DNA of 64,000 nt from contig OZ245006.1 in assembly GCA_965223545.1 (NCBI GenBank), positions 4,256,001 to 4,320,000 on the forward strand, written 5' to 3'. The translations under genes and the position numbers were made by a program. The stretch is from Planctomycetota bacterium (lineage in GTDB: Bacteria; Planctomycetota; UBA1135; UBA2386). Of this stretch, positions 40,741 through 50,326 are shown in pieces. The notes beneath the pieces were generated by a model. It saw only the letters and a program-made list of their open reading frames with translations. It ran no database searches and was not told the DNA's origin. How positions within the stretch are numbered: the first letter of the stretch is position 1; each line of letters begins with the position of its first letter.

Positions 40741-42330
40741 ATGCCGCCGCGATGCGTTCGGCGTTTGGCAACCGTGGCGATGGCCGCCGCCGGGTGCGGT
40801 GTGCCCGTCCTCGGCCAAGAGGCGGCGTGGTCTTTCACCGCGGAAGACGGCAGCGCGCTGGTCTCCGTGGACCGCCGCGGAGTGTCCGCGCGTGCCGCTC
40901 TGCGTGAGCTGGCGGACGGGATGAGTTGGGCGCTGGAGTTCGCCGGCTCGGGCATCGAAGAACGCCTGACCCGCGAAACCCTCGATCTTTCTCTGCGTGA
41001 TCGGGATCCGGAGACGGTGGCGATGCTGATCGGCGCGGCCGCCGGCGCCGACGTTCTACTGACCGATCGTGGCGAACCTACCGCACCGGCTCCGACGCTG
41101 TACGTGTCGCCGCAGCCCTCCGCGGACACCCCTGCCGGGCAGCAGCGGTTGCGGGCGAAGGCGGCGGAGTGGTATCAGCGGTTCCTGTTGAGCTCGATCG
41201 AGCAGCTACCGGCCCTGGCATCGCAGGAGATGCTGGTGCGCATGCAGCTCGGCGACCTGTATGCGCAGCTGGGAGAGTTGGCATTGGCCGCCGGCCAATA
41301 CGAAGAGGTGGTCGAGCGCGATCCCGACCATGGCTACGTACCAGCGGCGCTGCTGCGCTTGGCGCAGTGCCGCCACGAGATGGGGGAGCTCGACGAGGCC
41401 GAGCACTGGGCTTCGGTCGTCAGCCGCATGAGCCCGCGCCAGGCGGAGACCGCAGCGGCAACCGTTCTGTTGGGCCGCGTCTTGCTGGACTCCGGCCGGC
41501 TGCACGAGTGCGTCGCGACCATGACCGCGGCCATTGTGCCGTTGGCGACAGCGCCCGAGATCGTCGACATCCATCTGATCGCGGCGACCGCGGAGTGGCG
41601 CCGGGGCAACGCGGAGCGTGGGCTGGCCCACGTGCGCACTCTGCTGCGCCAGGTTGATCCGCGTTCTCTGTCCCGGCGCCGTTGGCTCGACGTGCACTAT
41701 CTGCGCGGGGTATGTGCCGAGCAGCTCGGCGCGGCCGGCGAAGCCACCCAAGCGCTGCAGCGGTTCTTGTGGACCTGTGCCGAGGACCCGCGGCGTGGCG
41801 CGGCAACCGTGTCGCTGGGGTGGGCGTACTTGGCGCAGGATCGATTCGTCGAGGCGCGGGCAGCGGCGCGCACGGCAATGGCAATGGCGGTGCAGATGGA
41901 CCCGGCGTGGCAAGCGCGTGGGCGCGAGCTGGATGCACGCGTCGGTCTGGCGATCGGCCAACTGGACGAGGCGCTGGCGCGGTTGACCGAGGAAGTCCGC
42001 GCCGCCCCGGGGCAGCGCGGGGAGCTCGCGGTGTTCACCCTCCAGGCGATGATCGAAGGGGATCGATTGCAAGCGGCGGTCGAGCTGGCCGGCAGTCTCG
42101 AGCTGGCCGGGATCGAGGGCGATCGGTCGCGATCGCTGCACGTCGAAGCGCTCTGGCGGCAGGCGCGCCGCACGGGGCACTGGCTGGACTTCGTGCGGCG
42201 GTCGGCAGCCGTCGTCGATGGCATTGTCGACGAGGACGAGCGGCGCACTGCGCTGCGATTGCTCGGCAGTGGCTATGGCGAGCTCGGTGACTGGACGCGG
42301 GCCGTCGAGGTCTTCTTGGGGGTGCTGTGA
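40741..42330 (+). CDS. Secreted TPR repeat protein with N-terminal STN-like domain
   Basis: Signal-like N-terminus ending VLG-Q; SVDRRGVSARAALRELA STN-like segment; multiple TPRs (YVPAALLRLAQC); start at 40705, 40741 or 40780 uncertain. Confidence 0.7.
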   Translation: MPPRCVRRLATVAMAAAGCGVPVLGQEAAWSFTAEDGSALVSVDRRGVSARAALRELADGMSWALEFAGSGIEERLTRETLDLSLRDRDPETVAMLIGAAAGADVLLTDRGEPTAPAPTLYVSPQPSADTPAGQQRLRAKAAEWYQRFLLSSIEQLPALASQEMLVRMQLGDLYAQLGELALAAGQYEEVVERDPDHGYVPAALLRLAQCRHEMGELDEAEHWASVVSRMSPRQAETAAATVLLGRVLLDSGRLHECVATMTAAIVPLATAPEIVDIHLIAATAEWRRGNAERGLAHVRTLLRQVDPRSLSRRRWLDVHYLRGVCAEQLGAAGEATQALQRFLWTCAEDPRRGAATVSLGWAYLAQDRFVEARAAARTAMAMAVQMDPAWQARGRELDARVGLAIGQLDEALARLTEEVRAAPGQRGELAVFTLQAMIEGDRLQAAVELAGSLELAGIEGDRSRSLHVEALWRQARRTGHWLDFVRRSAAVVDGIVDEDERRTALRLLGSGYGELGDWTRAVEVFLGVL

Positions 42331-43229
42331 CGCTGGCGAATTCGAGGCGCGGGGCGTTCGCACTTTGCTGCATCCTGTGGCTCGCCGGCTCCGCCCGCGT
42401 CGCGGCCCAACAGGAGTCGGAGCAACGGGCTGCGGCCGAGCGCCGGCTGTCCGAGCATCGCGTGGCGCTCGCACAGCGCGAGCTGGAGATCGAGGACATC
42501 ATCGACGCGATGACGCTGCATTCGCTCGGCGCCCGGGAGGGGTCGCCCGACCTGCCGCTGGTCGGTGGCGTGATGCGCGAGCGTGCCGAGGTCGAGGCCG
42601 AGCTCTTGGCCGAAGAACAGCACGTCGAGCAGCTGCGCGCGCTGCTCGCAACGCGCGTCGCCGAGCTCCGCGTCCACGGCGTCGCTACGACCGTGCAGAT
42701 GGGCGAGGAGGAGGTGGTTCCCGCCGCCTTGCCCGCTGATACGCCGTCGCCCGCGCCGGCGGTCGAGGTGGCGCCGGTCGAGTCGACGCCGGAGCCGAAG
42801 GCGACCACCGCCGAGCCCGCGTCCACCGGCGGCGAACCGACTCCGGCGAGCACCCCGCTCCCCGAGGGCGTTTCGGAAGAGGCCGAGCTCGCGCTGGAAG
42901 GACGCGGCCTTGCCGGGGCGGTGCGCGACCCGTTGCTCCTGGGCCGGGCGCTGTTCCGCGCGGGACGTTTCGACCTCGCCCGCCCGCTGTTGTTGGAGGC
43001 TGCGGAGCTACCGTCGGCGGGCGCTCTGCAGTGGTTCAGCTATGCCCGCTGCTGCGAGCGGATGGGCGACTACGAGGCCGCCGACCGCGCGCTGCAGAAG
43101 ATCGAAGCGATGGACACCCATACCGCTGCCGACGGTTCGGCGTCGCTGGGTCGCTGGGGCCTCGCCGCCAACTTGGCGCGCAAGCAAATGCTGTGGATGC
43201 GCGACCACGGCTCAGCGACCGCTCGGTGA
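42327..43229 (+). CDS. Secreted coiled-coil / Pro-rich linker / TPR protein
   Basis: GTGA overlap; signal peptide VAA-Q; coiled coil; PEST-like linker; TPR (LGRALFRAGRF, ARCCERMGDY). Confidence 0.65.
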   Translation: MTLANSRRGAFALCCILWLAGSARVAAQQESEQRAAAERRLSEHRVALAQRELEIEDIIDAMTLHSLGAREGSPDLPLVGGVMRERAEVEAELLAEEQHVEQLRALLATRVAELRVHGVATTVQMGEEEVVPAALPADTPSPAPAVEVAPVESTPEPKATTAEPASTGGEPTPASTPLPEGVSEEAELALEGRGLAGAVRDPLLLGRALFRAGRFDLARPLLLEAAELPSAGALQWFSYARCCERMGDYEAADRALQKIEAMDTHTAADGSASLGRWGLAANLARKQMLWMRDHGSATAR

Positions 43230-43742
43230 CAAGTAGCGCGTGCGCAGCACGTCGACGTGGTGGGCCATGTGGCCGGCGAGAATGTACAGCAAGGAGCGCA
43301 GCGTGAAGCGCACTCCGGAGGCGGTGCCGGTCGCCGCGCCCAGGTCGATGCCGGTCTCGTGCAGCCCTTCGATGAACGCCAGGTTTGCCGCCCGGGCCAA
43401 GTACAACTCTTCGACCAGCGATTCGAGCGTGCGGGCGTCGAAGTCGTAGGCGCGCACGTAGTCGTCTTGCTCCATGCCGGGCAGGGGACTCTGGTCGCCG
43501 CGCGCGATGTGGAACGCGCGGAAGGCGAACACCCGCTCGGCATCGGTGATGTGACCGACGACCTGCTTGATGCTCCACTTGTCCGGCGCGTAGCGCAGGC
43601 CGGCGCGGTCCTCGCCGATCTCGCTCAAGAAGGCGCGCACCTCTTCGGCCTGGTTGGCGAGCACGCCCAGGATCGGACCCTCGGGCACCAGCTCGATGTA
43701 GCCGTGGTAGTACGGGGCGGCTTCGTCGGGGAGCGGTCGCAT
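43212..43742 (-). CDS. DinB family protein
   Basis: YYHGYI, RYAPDKWSIKQVVGHITDAER, LPGMEQD, AGHMAHH. Confidence 0.9.
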   Translation of the reverse strand: MRPLPDEAAPYYHGYIELVPEGPILGVLANQAEEVRAFLSEIGEDRAGLRYAPDKWSIKQVVGHITDAERVFAFRAFHIARGDQSPLPGMEQDDYVRAYDFDARTLESLVEELYLARAANLAFIEGLHETGIDLGAATGTASGVRFTLRSLLYILAGHMAHHVDVLRTRYLSPSGR

Positions 43743-43795
43743 GCCCCGATGACAGACGATTCCCGCGGCGGACGCCAGCGCGCGGCCGGGCGAGG

Positions 43796-46700
43796 TCAGA
43801 AGTCTACTCGGGCGGTTTGCCCGGCTTCGACCTGAACGTACATCGGCTCGCGGTCCACACCGTCGCCGATGCCGGTCAGCGCCACCTTCCATCGACCCGG
43901 CAGCAAGCCCTCGAGCTTGGCGACGCCGTCGCGGAGCATGCCGAACTTCGGCGCGACGCTGGAGGGGTCTTCGCCCTCGTAGCTCGCGTTGACCATCGCG
44001 AACGGCTGTTCGACGCTGGCGTGCACCTCGATGCGGCCGGCGCCGGCGACGGTGATCTCGATCCCCTCGATCACGCCATCGACGGGCACGGTCACCGGCG
44101 CGGACTTGGCCGGGCCCCAGTCCTTGTCGCCCGTCACGCGCACCTCGAGCGGGACACCGGCGGTGACGCCGCGCAGCTCGAACGTGCCGTCGGCATCGGT
44201 GCGCCGCGAGGAGCCGCGCATGAACGAGGCGAACGGGCTGGCCGCGAGGGCGTTGGCGATCCCGGCTTCACCGGTATCGGGTGCCGCGGCCGCGACCGAC
44301 ACGCGCGCCCCCCGGACCGGCTGTCCGTCGCCGCGCCGCACGGTGCCCCGCAGCACCGCCGTGCTCAGGTCCACGTCGAAGCTGTTGGCGCCGGCCACGA
44401 GGGTGACGGGCAGCTCCGTGGCCATGCTGCGGTCTCGGTGGGTCACGCGGATGCGGTGCTCGCCCGCCTCCACGTCCTCGAGCTGATAGCGGCCCTCTGC
44501 ATCGGTTCGGCCGTTCACCCCGCGGTTGTCGAGGGCCGAGAGGCGGGTCGTGAGCTCCGCGGCCATCGCGGCCCCGGGTTCGGCCTTCTGCGGTTGGCCC
44601 CGGACAAAAGTCACCGTCGCGCGCGACAGGGGCACGCCGTTCTCCCGCACGATACCGGTGCAGGTCGCGGTCGGCGCCTTGGTCAGCTGCAGGGTCGCGG
44701 TGCTGCCCTCGGCGACGTGCACGGACTCGTAGCCGGCGGCCACGGGATCGAAGGAGTTGTCCGACCGCGTCGCGCCGGAGATGCGCATGCTCGCCCGGTA
44801 GCTGATACTGAACGGCCGGTCGCCGCCGCTGCCCGCGAGCTTGAAGTGGTGGTCGCCGGGCGGCAAGTGCCGGAAGCGGGCGACCCCCACACCGTCGACC
44901 TTCTCCGAGGCGTGGTTGCCGTCGGCATCGGCGCGCCGGACGGAGATGTCCGTCACCGGCTCGCCGCTCTGGTCCAGCACGAGCACGTCGACGCTGCCGC
45001 CGCGCAGCAGGGCCGCGTCATGGCGGGTGACGCCGCGGGCGCGGATCGTGATCGGGTCGCTGCGATAGGGCGCGAACTCATCGCTGCCGACGCTGACGCG
45101 GACGGCGGCGCCGGCCGGAGCGTTCAAGGTGCACTGTCCCTTCTCGTCGGTCGTCGCGCGGCGAGGAGTGTTTGCCCCTCCCACGGCCGCTGTCATCCCG
45201 TTGAGAGAAATCGAGGTCTGGCCGCGAAAGGAGCTCCGCTGTTGTCCCGGTGCGCCATCTTCTTCCCGCAACGAAACGGTGGCGTCGGCCACCGGCTCGC
45301 CGTCGGCCGCGCTCGTCACCGTGACGTGCAGCACGGGGGACGCGTCGAGCTGCAGGGTGCCGAGGTCGAGGCTGCCGCTTTCCGGGAGCTCGATCTTCTC
45401 GCGCTGCAGGTTCTGGTATCCGAGTGCTTCGACCGTGAGCTCGAGGCGCTGCTTCTTCTTCGGCCGCAGATTGTCGACCGTCACCACGCCACCGGGGTAG
45501 TCACGCGCCTCGCTGCCGCTGGCGCTGGCCGATGCGATCATCGCCGCGATGCCGCTGCCGCCGCCCATCTGGGTGCGCACCCACAGCCGCTCGATCGGCT
45601 GGCCGGTTTGCCGGTCGATCACTCGGAACGTCACCGAGACGCCGGCACTGTACGGCAGCTCGATCCCGACGGTTCCGGCGACGACCTCCACCCGCGGAGT
45701 GCAGGTCGACGCCTTGAGCGACCCGGTCCGGCTCTGCATGCCCCAAATGCGGTAGCGCTCGCCGGCGGCGAGGCCGCGCAGAGTGAAGCCGCCGTTCTCG
45801 CCGACCTCGGCCCAGCGCTCGCCGATCGGCAGGCCGGCGTCGGCCAGGTGCTCGCCGCCAGCGAACATCGAGGCGAACACGTTGCCGTTCTCGCGCTGCA
45901 CGCGCGTCGCCAGCACCAAGAGTGTTTCGACGTCGGTGGGCATGTCGGTGACTCGCCCGCTGACGGACTCTCCTTGCTCGGCGACCAGGACCAGGTTGTC
46001 GAGGCGGCCGCCGGCTTCGATCGACAGCTGGTCGATCACGGCGGTCGGATAGTCGCGGTGCTTGGCCCGCACCGAAAACTCCCCGGGAGCGAGGTGGTTG
46101 AGCGCAAAGCGGCCCTCGGCGTCGGTGACGGCCGACTCGCGCCCGTCGTCGCGGAGTGCGTCGAGGTCCTCCATGCCCGCCATCTGCATGTCTTGCATCG
46201 CGCCGAAGCGACCGCTCGATGCCCGTTCGACCCGCACCCCCTCGATGCCGCTGCCGGCTCGATCGATGACCCGGCCGGTGGCGACGCCGCCGGCACTCAG
46301 GGCCAACACGCCGAGTGAATGGTCACCGCCGTCGGGCGCTGGTGCCGACTGTCGCAAGACCTGGAAGCCCGGCGCGCGCACGACCACGCTGATCCGGTCC
46401 GCCTCCACCGGCGCCGCGGCGTGGAACCGTCCGTCGGCGTCGGTGACGACCTCGACGCGGGCGGCGTGGTCGGCGCGGGCCTGGGCCAGCATTGCGGTTG
46501 GATCGCCCGACATCACCTGCGGGCCGAAGCGCGTCGAGCGGCGCAGCTCGACGACGGCGCCGTCGACCGGGTTGTCGCTGTCGTCGACGACGCGGCCGGT
46601 GTAGCCGGGTGCGACCGCCCCCGCCGGCGCGGCGGCCGCGCCGACGCGCGCACGATCCGGTGCGCCCGTGGCCTCCGCCGGCGGGCGCTCGGCGTCGGGG

Positions 46701-46855
46701 TTCTCGCCGTCCAACCGGCTGCTGGCCGGGAGGCTCGATTCGGTCGAAGTGCCGGGGGGGTCGGGCATTGCGCCGGAGCCGCGCGCCATCCACCAAACGC
46801 TGCCCGCGAGAAGGGGCAGCAGGACGAGGAGAATCAACAGCGGGGTCTTCGACAT
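43796..46855 (-). CDS. Large membrane-anchored protein with multiple carboxypeptidase-regulatory-like (Ig-like) repeats
   Basis: GGAGG RBS; N-terminal TM segment; repeated GRVxD..G.P..GA.V and TDA.GR(F/Y) units. Confidence 0.85.
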   Translation of the reverse strand: MSKTPLLILLVLLPLLAGSVWWMARGSGAMPDPPGTSTESSLPASSRLDGENPDAERPPAEATGAPDRARVGAAAAPAGAVAPGYTGRVVDDSDNPVDGAVVELRRSTRFGPQVMSGDPTAMLAQARADHAARVEVVTDADGRFHAAAPVEADRISVVVRAPGFQVLRQSAPAPDGGDHSLGVLALSAGGVATGRVIDRAGSGIEGVRVERASSGRFGAMQDMQMAGMEDLDALRDDGRESAVTDAEGRFALNHLAPGEFSVRAKHRDYPTAVIDQLSIEAGGRLDNLVLVAEQGESVSGRVTDMPTDVETLLVLATRVQRENGNVFASMFAGGEHLADAGLPIGERWAEVGENGGFTLRGLAAGERYRIWGMQSRTGSLKASTCTPRVEVVAGTVGIELPYSAGVSVTFRVIDRQTGQPIERLWVRTQMGGGSGIAAMIASASASGSEARDYPGGVVTVDNLRPKKKQRLELTVEALGYQNLQREKIELPESGSLDLGTLQLDASPVLHVTVTSAADGEPVADATVSLREEDGAPGQQRSSFRGQTSISLNGMTAAVGGANTPRRATTDEKGQCTLNAPAGAAVRVSVGSDEFAPYRSDPITIRARGVTRHDAALLRGGSVDVLVLDQSGEPVTDISVRRADADGNHASEKVDGVGVARFRHLPPGDHHFKLAGSGGDRPFSISYRASMRISGATRSDNSFDPVAAGYESVHVAEGSTATLQLTKAPTATCTGIVRENGVPLSRATVTFVRGQPQKAEPGAAMAAELTTRLSALDNRGVNGRTDAEGRYQLEDVEAGEHRIRVTHRDRSMATELPVTLVAGANSFDVDLSTAVLRGTVRRGDGQPVRGARVSVAAAAPDTGEAGIANALAASPFASFMRGSSRRTDADGTFELRGVTAGVPLEVRVTGDKDWGPAKSAPVTVPVDGVIEGIEITVAGAGRIEVHASVEQPFAMVNASYEGEDPSSVAPKFGMLRDGVAKLEGLLPGRWKVALTGIGDGVDREPMYVQVEAGQTARVDF

Positions 46856-47017
46856 GGCCGCCTCCAGAATACGGGCATTCACCGGCGAGCGGGATCCGCC
46901 GGCGAGGAACGCCGGCGCCCGCGCTTCGGTTCCCGGTGCCCGCTCGGTGCTCGGATCTGTCACGCCGGTGTTGAGCCGGACTCGTGCAGGCTGCGCGCGC
47001 GGGGCATGATGCGGCGG

Positions 47018-47572
47018 ATGGCCGACCATCCCCCGTTCTCGCGGCTGTCGCGCGAAGTGCTCGTCGACAACCCGTGGCACCGCTACTGCCTGGACCGCTA
47101 CACCCAAGCCGACGGCTCGGAGGGCAGCTACTACTACATCGACATGGCGGGTTCGTGCGGCGTGATTCCGCTGTTCGCCGACGGCAGCACGGTGTTGGTG
47201 CGCGTGCACCGTTACTTGCACGGCCGCGTGCTGTGGGAGTTTCCCATCGGCGGGATGCATCCGGGAGACGATGCCGCCGCAGTGGCGGCCAAGGAGCTGC
47301 GCGAAGAGACCGGACTGGTCGCCGGACAATGGGTGCGATTGGGCTCCTTCGCCCCGTACAAGGGCGTGTCCAACGAGGAGTGTCACTTCTTTGTCGCAAT
47401 GGAACTCGATTGGACCGAGCGGGCGCTGGAGCCGAGCGAGGACATCACCGTGCACCGCATGCCGTTCGCCGAGGCGCGGCGCACCCTGATCGGACAAGAG
47501 CTCGGCTGCGGGCAATCGCTGGCCGGGCTGATGCTGTACGACCGTTGGCAGACGGCGGGCGGCGCGCGGTAG
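47018..47572 (+). CDS. NUDIX hydrolase (ADP-ribose pyrophosphatase-like)
   Basis: WEFPIGGMHPGDDAAAVAAKELREETG Nudix box; EPSEDI. Confidence 0.9.
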   Translation: MADHPPFSRLSREVLVDNPWHRYCLDRYTQADGSEGSYYYIDMAGSCGVIPLFADGSTVLVRVHRYLHGRVLWEFPIGGMHPGDDAAAVAAKELREETGLVAGQWVRLGSFAPYKGVSNEECHFFVAMELDWTERALEPSEDITVHRMPFAEARRTLIGQELGCGQSLAGLMLYDRWQTAGGAR

Positions 47573-47585
47573 GATCGAGCGCCGA

Positions 47586-48611
47586 TCAATCGTCAGGGGC
47601 GAGGGTCGCGCCAGCGATGCTCTGCCACAGTGCGGCCTGCTCGGGTTCGGTGAAGGGCCAGGGTGTCGCGCGCAGCTCGACGCGATCGAAGCGCACGGCG
47701 CCGGGCGCCGGTCGCGATCCTGCCGCGGCGCGCAGCGCCGCGTCGGAGGCGCGCGCGTAGGCCAAGCTGAGGTGGGGTGTCGCGACGTCGAGCAATCGAC
47801 CGTCCAGGCCCTCGACCACCACCTCGGTCAGGTCGATCAAGGCGGGCGTCTCGGCCAGTTCGAGATACAGGGTGCGGCGTAGCTCGGCGCTGTGATGGAT
47901 CCCTTCGACTGCCAGCTCCAGTGGCCGATGAGTGATCGCGGGGATCGAAGTGAGAGTGGCGCGGAGACCCTCGAGGTCGCCGGCGCACTCGATGCTGGCG
48001 AGGGTCACGTGCGGCGCGAAGCGCGGGCTGCCCAGTCGCGATGCACAATCGTCGATCCAGGACTGCAGCGGGTCGCGCGCGGGCGGGGAGGGCATCAGCC
48101 ACACCGACACCACCCGCTCGCCGCGTCGCGGGCTGCGGCCGGTCCACAGGCCGAGAACACCCGCGAGGGTGTCGCGCACGCGCGCATCGATCCCCGGCGC
48201 GTTGGATCCGCGGGGTCCGGCGACGTTGAGGGTGCGCACCGCGTGTCGTCGGAGGAAGAACAGCAATCGGCTGGCATCGGCCTCGGCGGGCTCACCGGTG
48301 ATCAGCAGGTGCGGCTTGCCGGCCCGGGCGGCGAGCTCGAGCGTGAGCGCGGTGCCGCCGGTGGGCCGATCGACCGAGAATGCCACCGTGGCGTCCGCCG
48401 CGCGCACGTTGGCCTCGGTGCGCACCGCGTAGTTGCGCGACTCCAGCTCGCGCAGCGTATAGCGGTCGGGGATGCGGCCGTCCTCGGCGCGCCGGCCGGC
48501 GGGGCAGAAGCCGCCGTGCGCGATGCCGTGCGCGAGCGCGAAGTCGAGGGCGGCGCGGTCGGCGCCGGTCTGGCCGCCGGAGACGATGCGGGGGAACGGG
48601 AGAGCCGGCAT
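47586..48611 (-). CDS. Fusion of a SLOG domain (cpYpsA / putative molybdenum carrier) and a 2H phosphoesterase (CPDase-like)
   Basis: IVSGGQTGADRAALD, GGFCPAGRRAEDG, RTEANV, GGTALT, LNVAGPRGS; then SVWLMP...APHVTL...PHLSLAY (two HxT/S motifs). Confidence 0.85.
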   Translation of the reverse strand: MPALPFPRIVSGGQTGADRAALDFALAHGIAHGGFCPAGRRAEDGRIPDRYTLRELESRNYAVRTEANVRAADATVAFSVDRPTGGTALTLELAARAGKPHLLITGEPAEADASRLLFFLRRHAVRTLNVAGPRGSNAPGIDARVRDTLAGVLGLWTGRSPRRGERVVSVWLMPSPPARDPLQSWIDDCASRLGSPRFAPHVTLASIECAGDLEGLRATLTSIPAITHRPLELAVEGIHHSAELRRTLYLELAETPALIDLTEVVVEGLDGRLLDVATPHLSLAYARASDAALRAAAGSRPAPGAVRFDRVELRATPWPFTEPEQAALWQSIAGATLAPDD

Positions 48612-48682
48612 GGTTTGCGAACAGCGGGTGCGGTCGAGACCGGCCTCGGTCGGAGTGTCCGATCGAGCTAACCTCGGCGGTC

Positions 48683-49750
48683 GTGATTGCTCTCGACCTG
48701 CTCGGGCTGACGGCGGACGAGTGCCGCGCCCATGCGCGGCGGGCCGTCGGCCGCGGCGCCGGCCTGGCGGAGGCAGTGTATCGGGCGGCGATGCACACCG
48801 GCGAGCTCCGCGCCGAGGCACTCGGCGCGGGCGCGGATCGCGTTGCGCGGTGGCGGGCGGCGTTCCGCTGCCGGCTGCCCGGCGTGGTGCGCGAGCAGCG
48901 CGAGCGGTCCGGGCGCGGGCGCACCACGATCAAGCTGGTGCTGTGTGGAAGCGACGAGCGGCTCGAGTACGAGAGCGTGCTGATTCCCATGGGCGCCCTG
49001 CACACGACCCAGTGTCTGTCGACGCAGATCGGCTGTCGCATGGGCTGCCGGTTCTGCGAGACCGCGCGGATGGGGCGGCTGCGGGATCTCGAAGCCGGCG
49101 AGATCGTCGGGCAGGTGGTGTTGGCGGCGACGGTGCTCGGCGCCCGGCCGCGGGGGCTGGTGTTCCAGGGCATGGGGGAGCCGCTCGACAACACCGACGC
49201 CGTGCTGCAGGCACTCCGGGTCCTGACCGACCGCCGCGGACTAGGCTACGCGCAGGGGCGGCTGACGGTCTGCACGGTGGGGCGGCCCGAAGGCATCGCC
49301 CGGCTGGCCGGCCTCGGCTATCGGCGGCTCAACCTCGCGTTCAGCCTCAATGCCGCCGACGACGCACTGCGCCGCTCGTTGATGCCGAGTCACCGCGGGT
49401 ACACCCTGGCCGAGCTGCAGCGAAGCCTGATCGCCTATCGGCAGCGGCGGAACGCAGAGCTCGCGATCCACTACTGCTTGTTGCCGGGAATCAACGACAC
49501 AGCGCACGACGCCCGCGCCGTGGCTCGTTTCGTCGCTCCGCTGGGGCGGAGCGTCGTGCATCTGATCCCGTACAATCCGGGGCGCCGGCCGCTGTGCCGG
49601 GCGCCACACGCCGGAGAGGTCGCACGTTTCGTCGACTGGCTGCGGGCCGCCGACGTCGCCGTGCGCCGCCGCAACACCAAGGGCGCCACCGTGATGGCGG
49701 CTTGTGGTCAGCTCGGCAATCCGCAGCTGCGCCGCGCTTGTCAGCGGTAG
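48683..49750 (+). CDS. rlmN: RlmN/Cfr-family radical SAM RNA methyltransferase (RlmN-like, possibly a paralog)
   Basis: ESVLIP, CLSTQIGCRMGCRFC, GMGEPLDN, SLNA, GIND, LIPYNP, AACGQL. Confidence 0.85.
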   Translation: MIALDLLGLTADECRAHARRAVGRGAGLAEAVYRAAMHTGELRAEALGAGADRVARWRAAFRCRLPGVVREQRERSGRGRTTIKLVLCGSDERLEYESVLIPMGALHTTQCLSTQIGCRMGCRFCETARMGRLRDLEAGEIVGQVVLAATVLGARPRGLVFQGMGEPLDNTDAVLQALRVLTDRRGLGYAQGRLTVCTVGRPEGIARLAGLGYRRLNLAFSLNAADDALRRSLMPSHRGYTLAELQRSLIAYRQRRNAELAIHYCLLPGINDTAHDARAVARFVAPLGRSVVHLIPYNPGRRPLCRAPHAGEVARFVDWLRAADVAVRRRNTKGATVMAACGQLGNPQLRRACQR

Positions 49751-50307
49751 CTGAGCTGCCGCTCTCGCGGCTGGTACAGGCCACCGTCCACGGGCTCGTA
49801 CACCCGACAGGCACTCATCTCGCCGCCGTACACGTGCAGCGTCGCCGCTGGTTCGGCGAACGGGTTGCGGATCACGTGGTACTCGAAGGGAGGGATCAGC
49901 GAGCCGGCTTCACCGACGCCGGCGGTGACGTCGCTCTCGTGCGCGAAGCGCACACTGCCGTCGTCGAGGCGCTCGGTCAGCGCATAGGACTCGACCACGA
50001 TCTGGCCGCGGTACACGCACTCGACGCACCACAGGCCGGCGTGGTCGTGGATGGTCGTGCCCTGGCCCGGTCCCCACGACATCACCACGACGGTGTAGCG
50101 ACCGAGCGGGTCGCGGTGCAGCAGACGGCGCGCGTAGCCGTCGGCCGCCGGCTCGACCCAGTGCTCGGGGATCGAGGCGCCGCTCTGCACGAGGTCTTGC
50201 AGTGCGATCTTGACCGCTTCGCACCGCGCCGGGTCGTCGTCGGCAACGACGGCGTCGTCGAGGGCGGCCACCAGGCGGTCGACCGCGGCATCGGAAGGAT
50301 CGTTCAT
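49741..50307 (-). CDS. Cysteine/thiol dioxygenase family cupin
   Basis: YARRLL, MSWGPGQGTTIHDH, EYH, LHVY. Confidence 0.88.
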   Translation of the reverse strand: MNDPSDAAVDRLVAALDDAVVADDDPARCEAVKIALQDLVQSGASIPEHWVEPAADGYARRLLHRDPLGRYTVVVMSWGPGQGTTIHDHAGLWCVECVYRGQIVVESYALTERLDDGSVRFAHESDVTAGVGEAGSLIPPFEYHVIRNPFAEPAATLHVYGGEMSACRVYEPVDGGLYQPRERQLSYR

Positions 50308-50313
50308 CGCCGG

Positions 50314-50319
50314 ATGATA
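50314..50319 (-). promoter_or_regulatory. Putative -10 box (TATCAT), leaderless
   Basis: 6 nt upstream of ATG 50307. Confidence 0.5.
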
Positions 50320-50326
50320 ACCCCGA

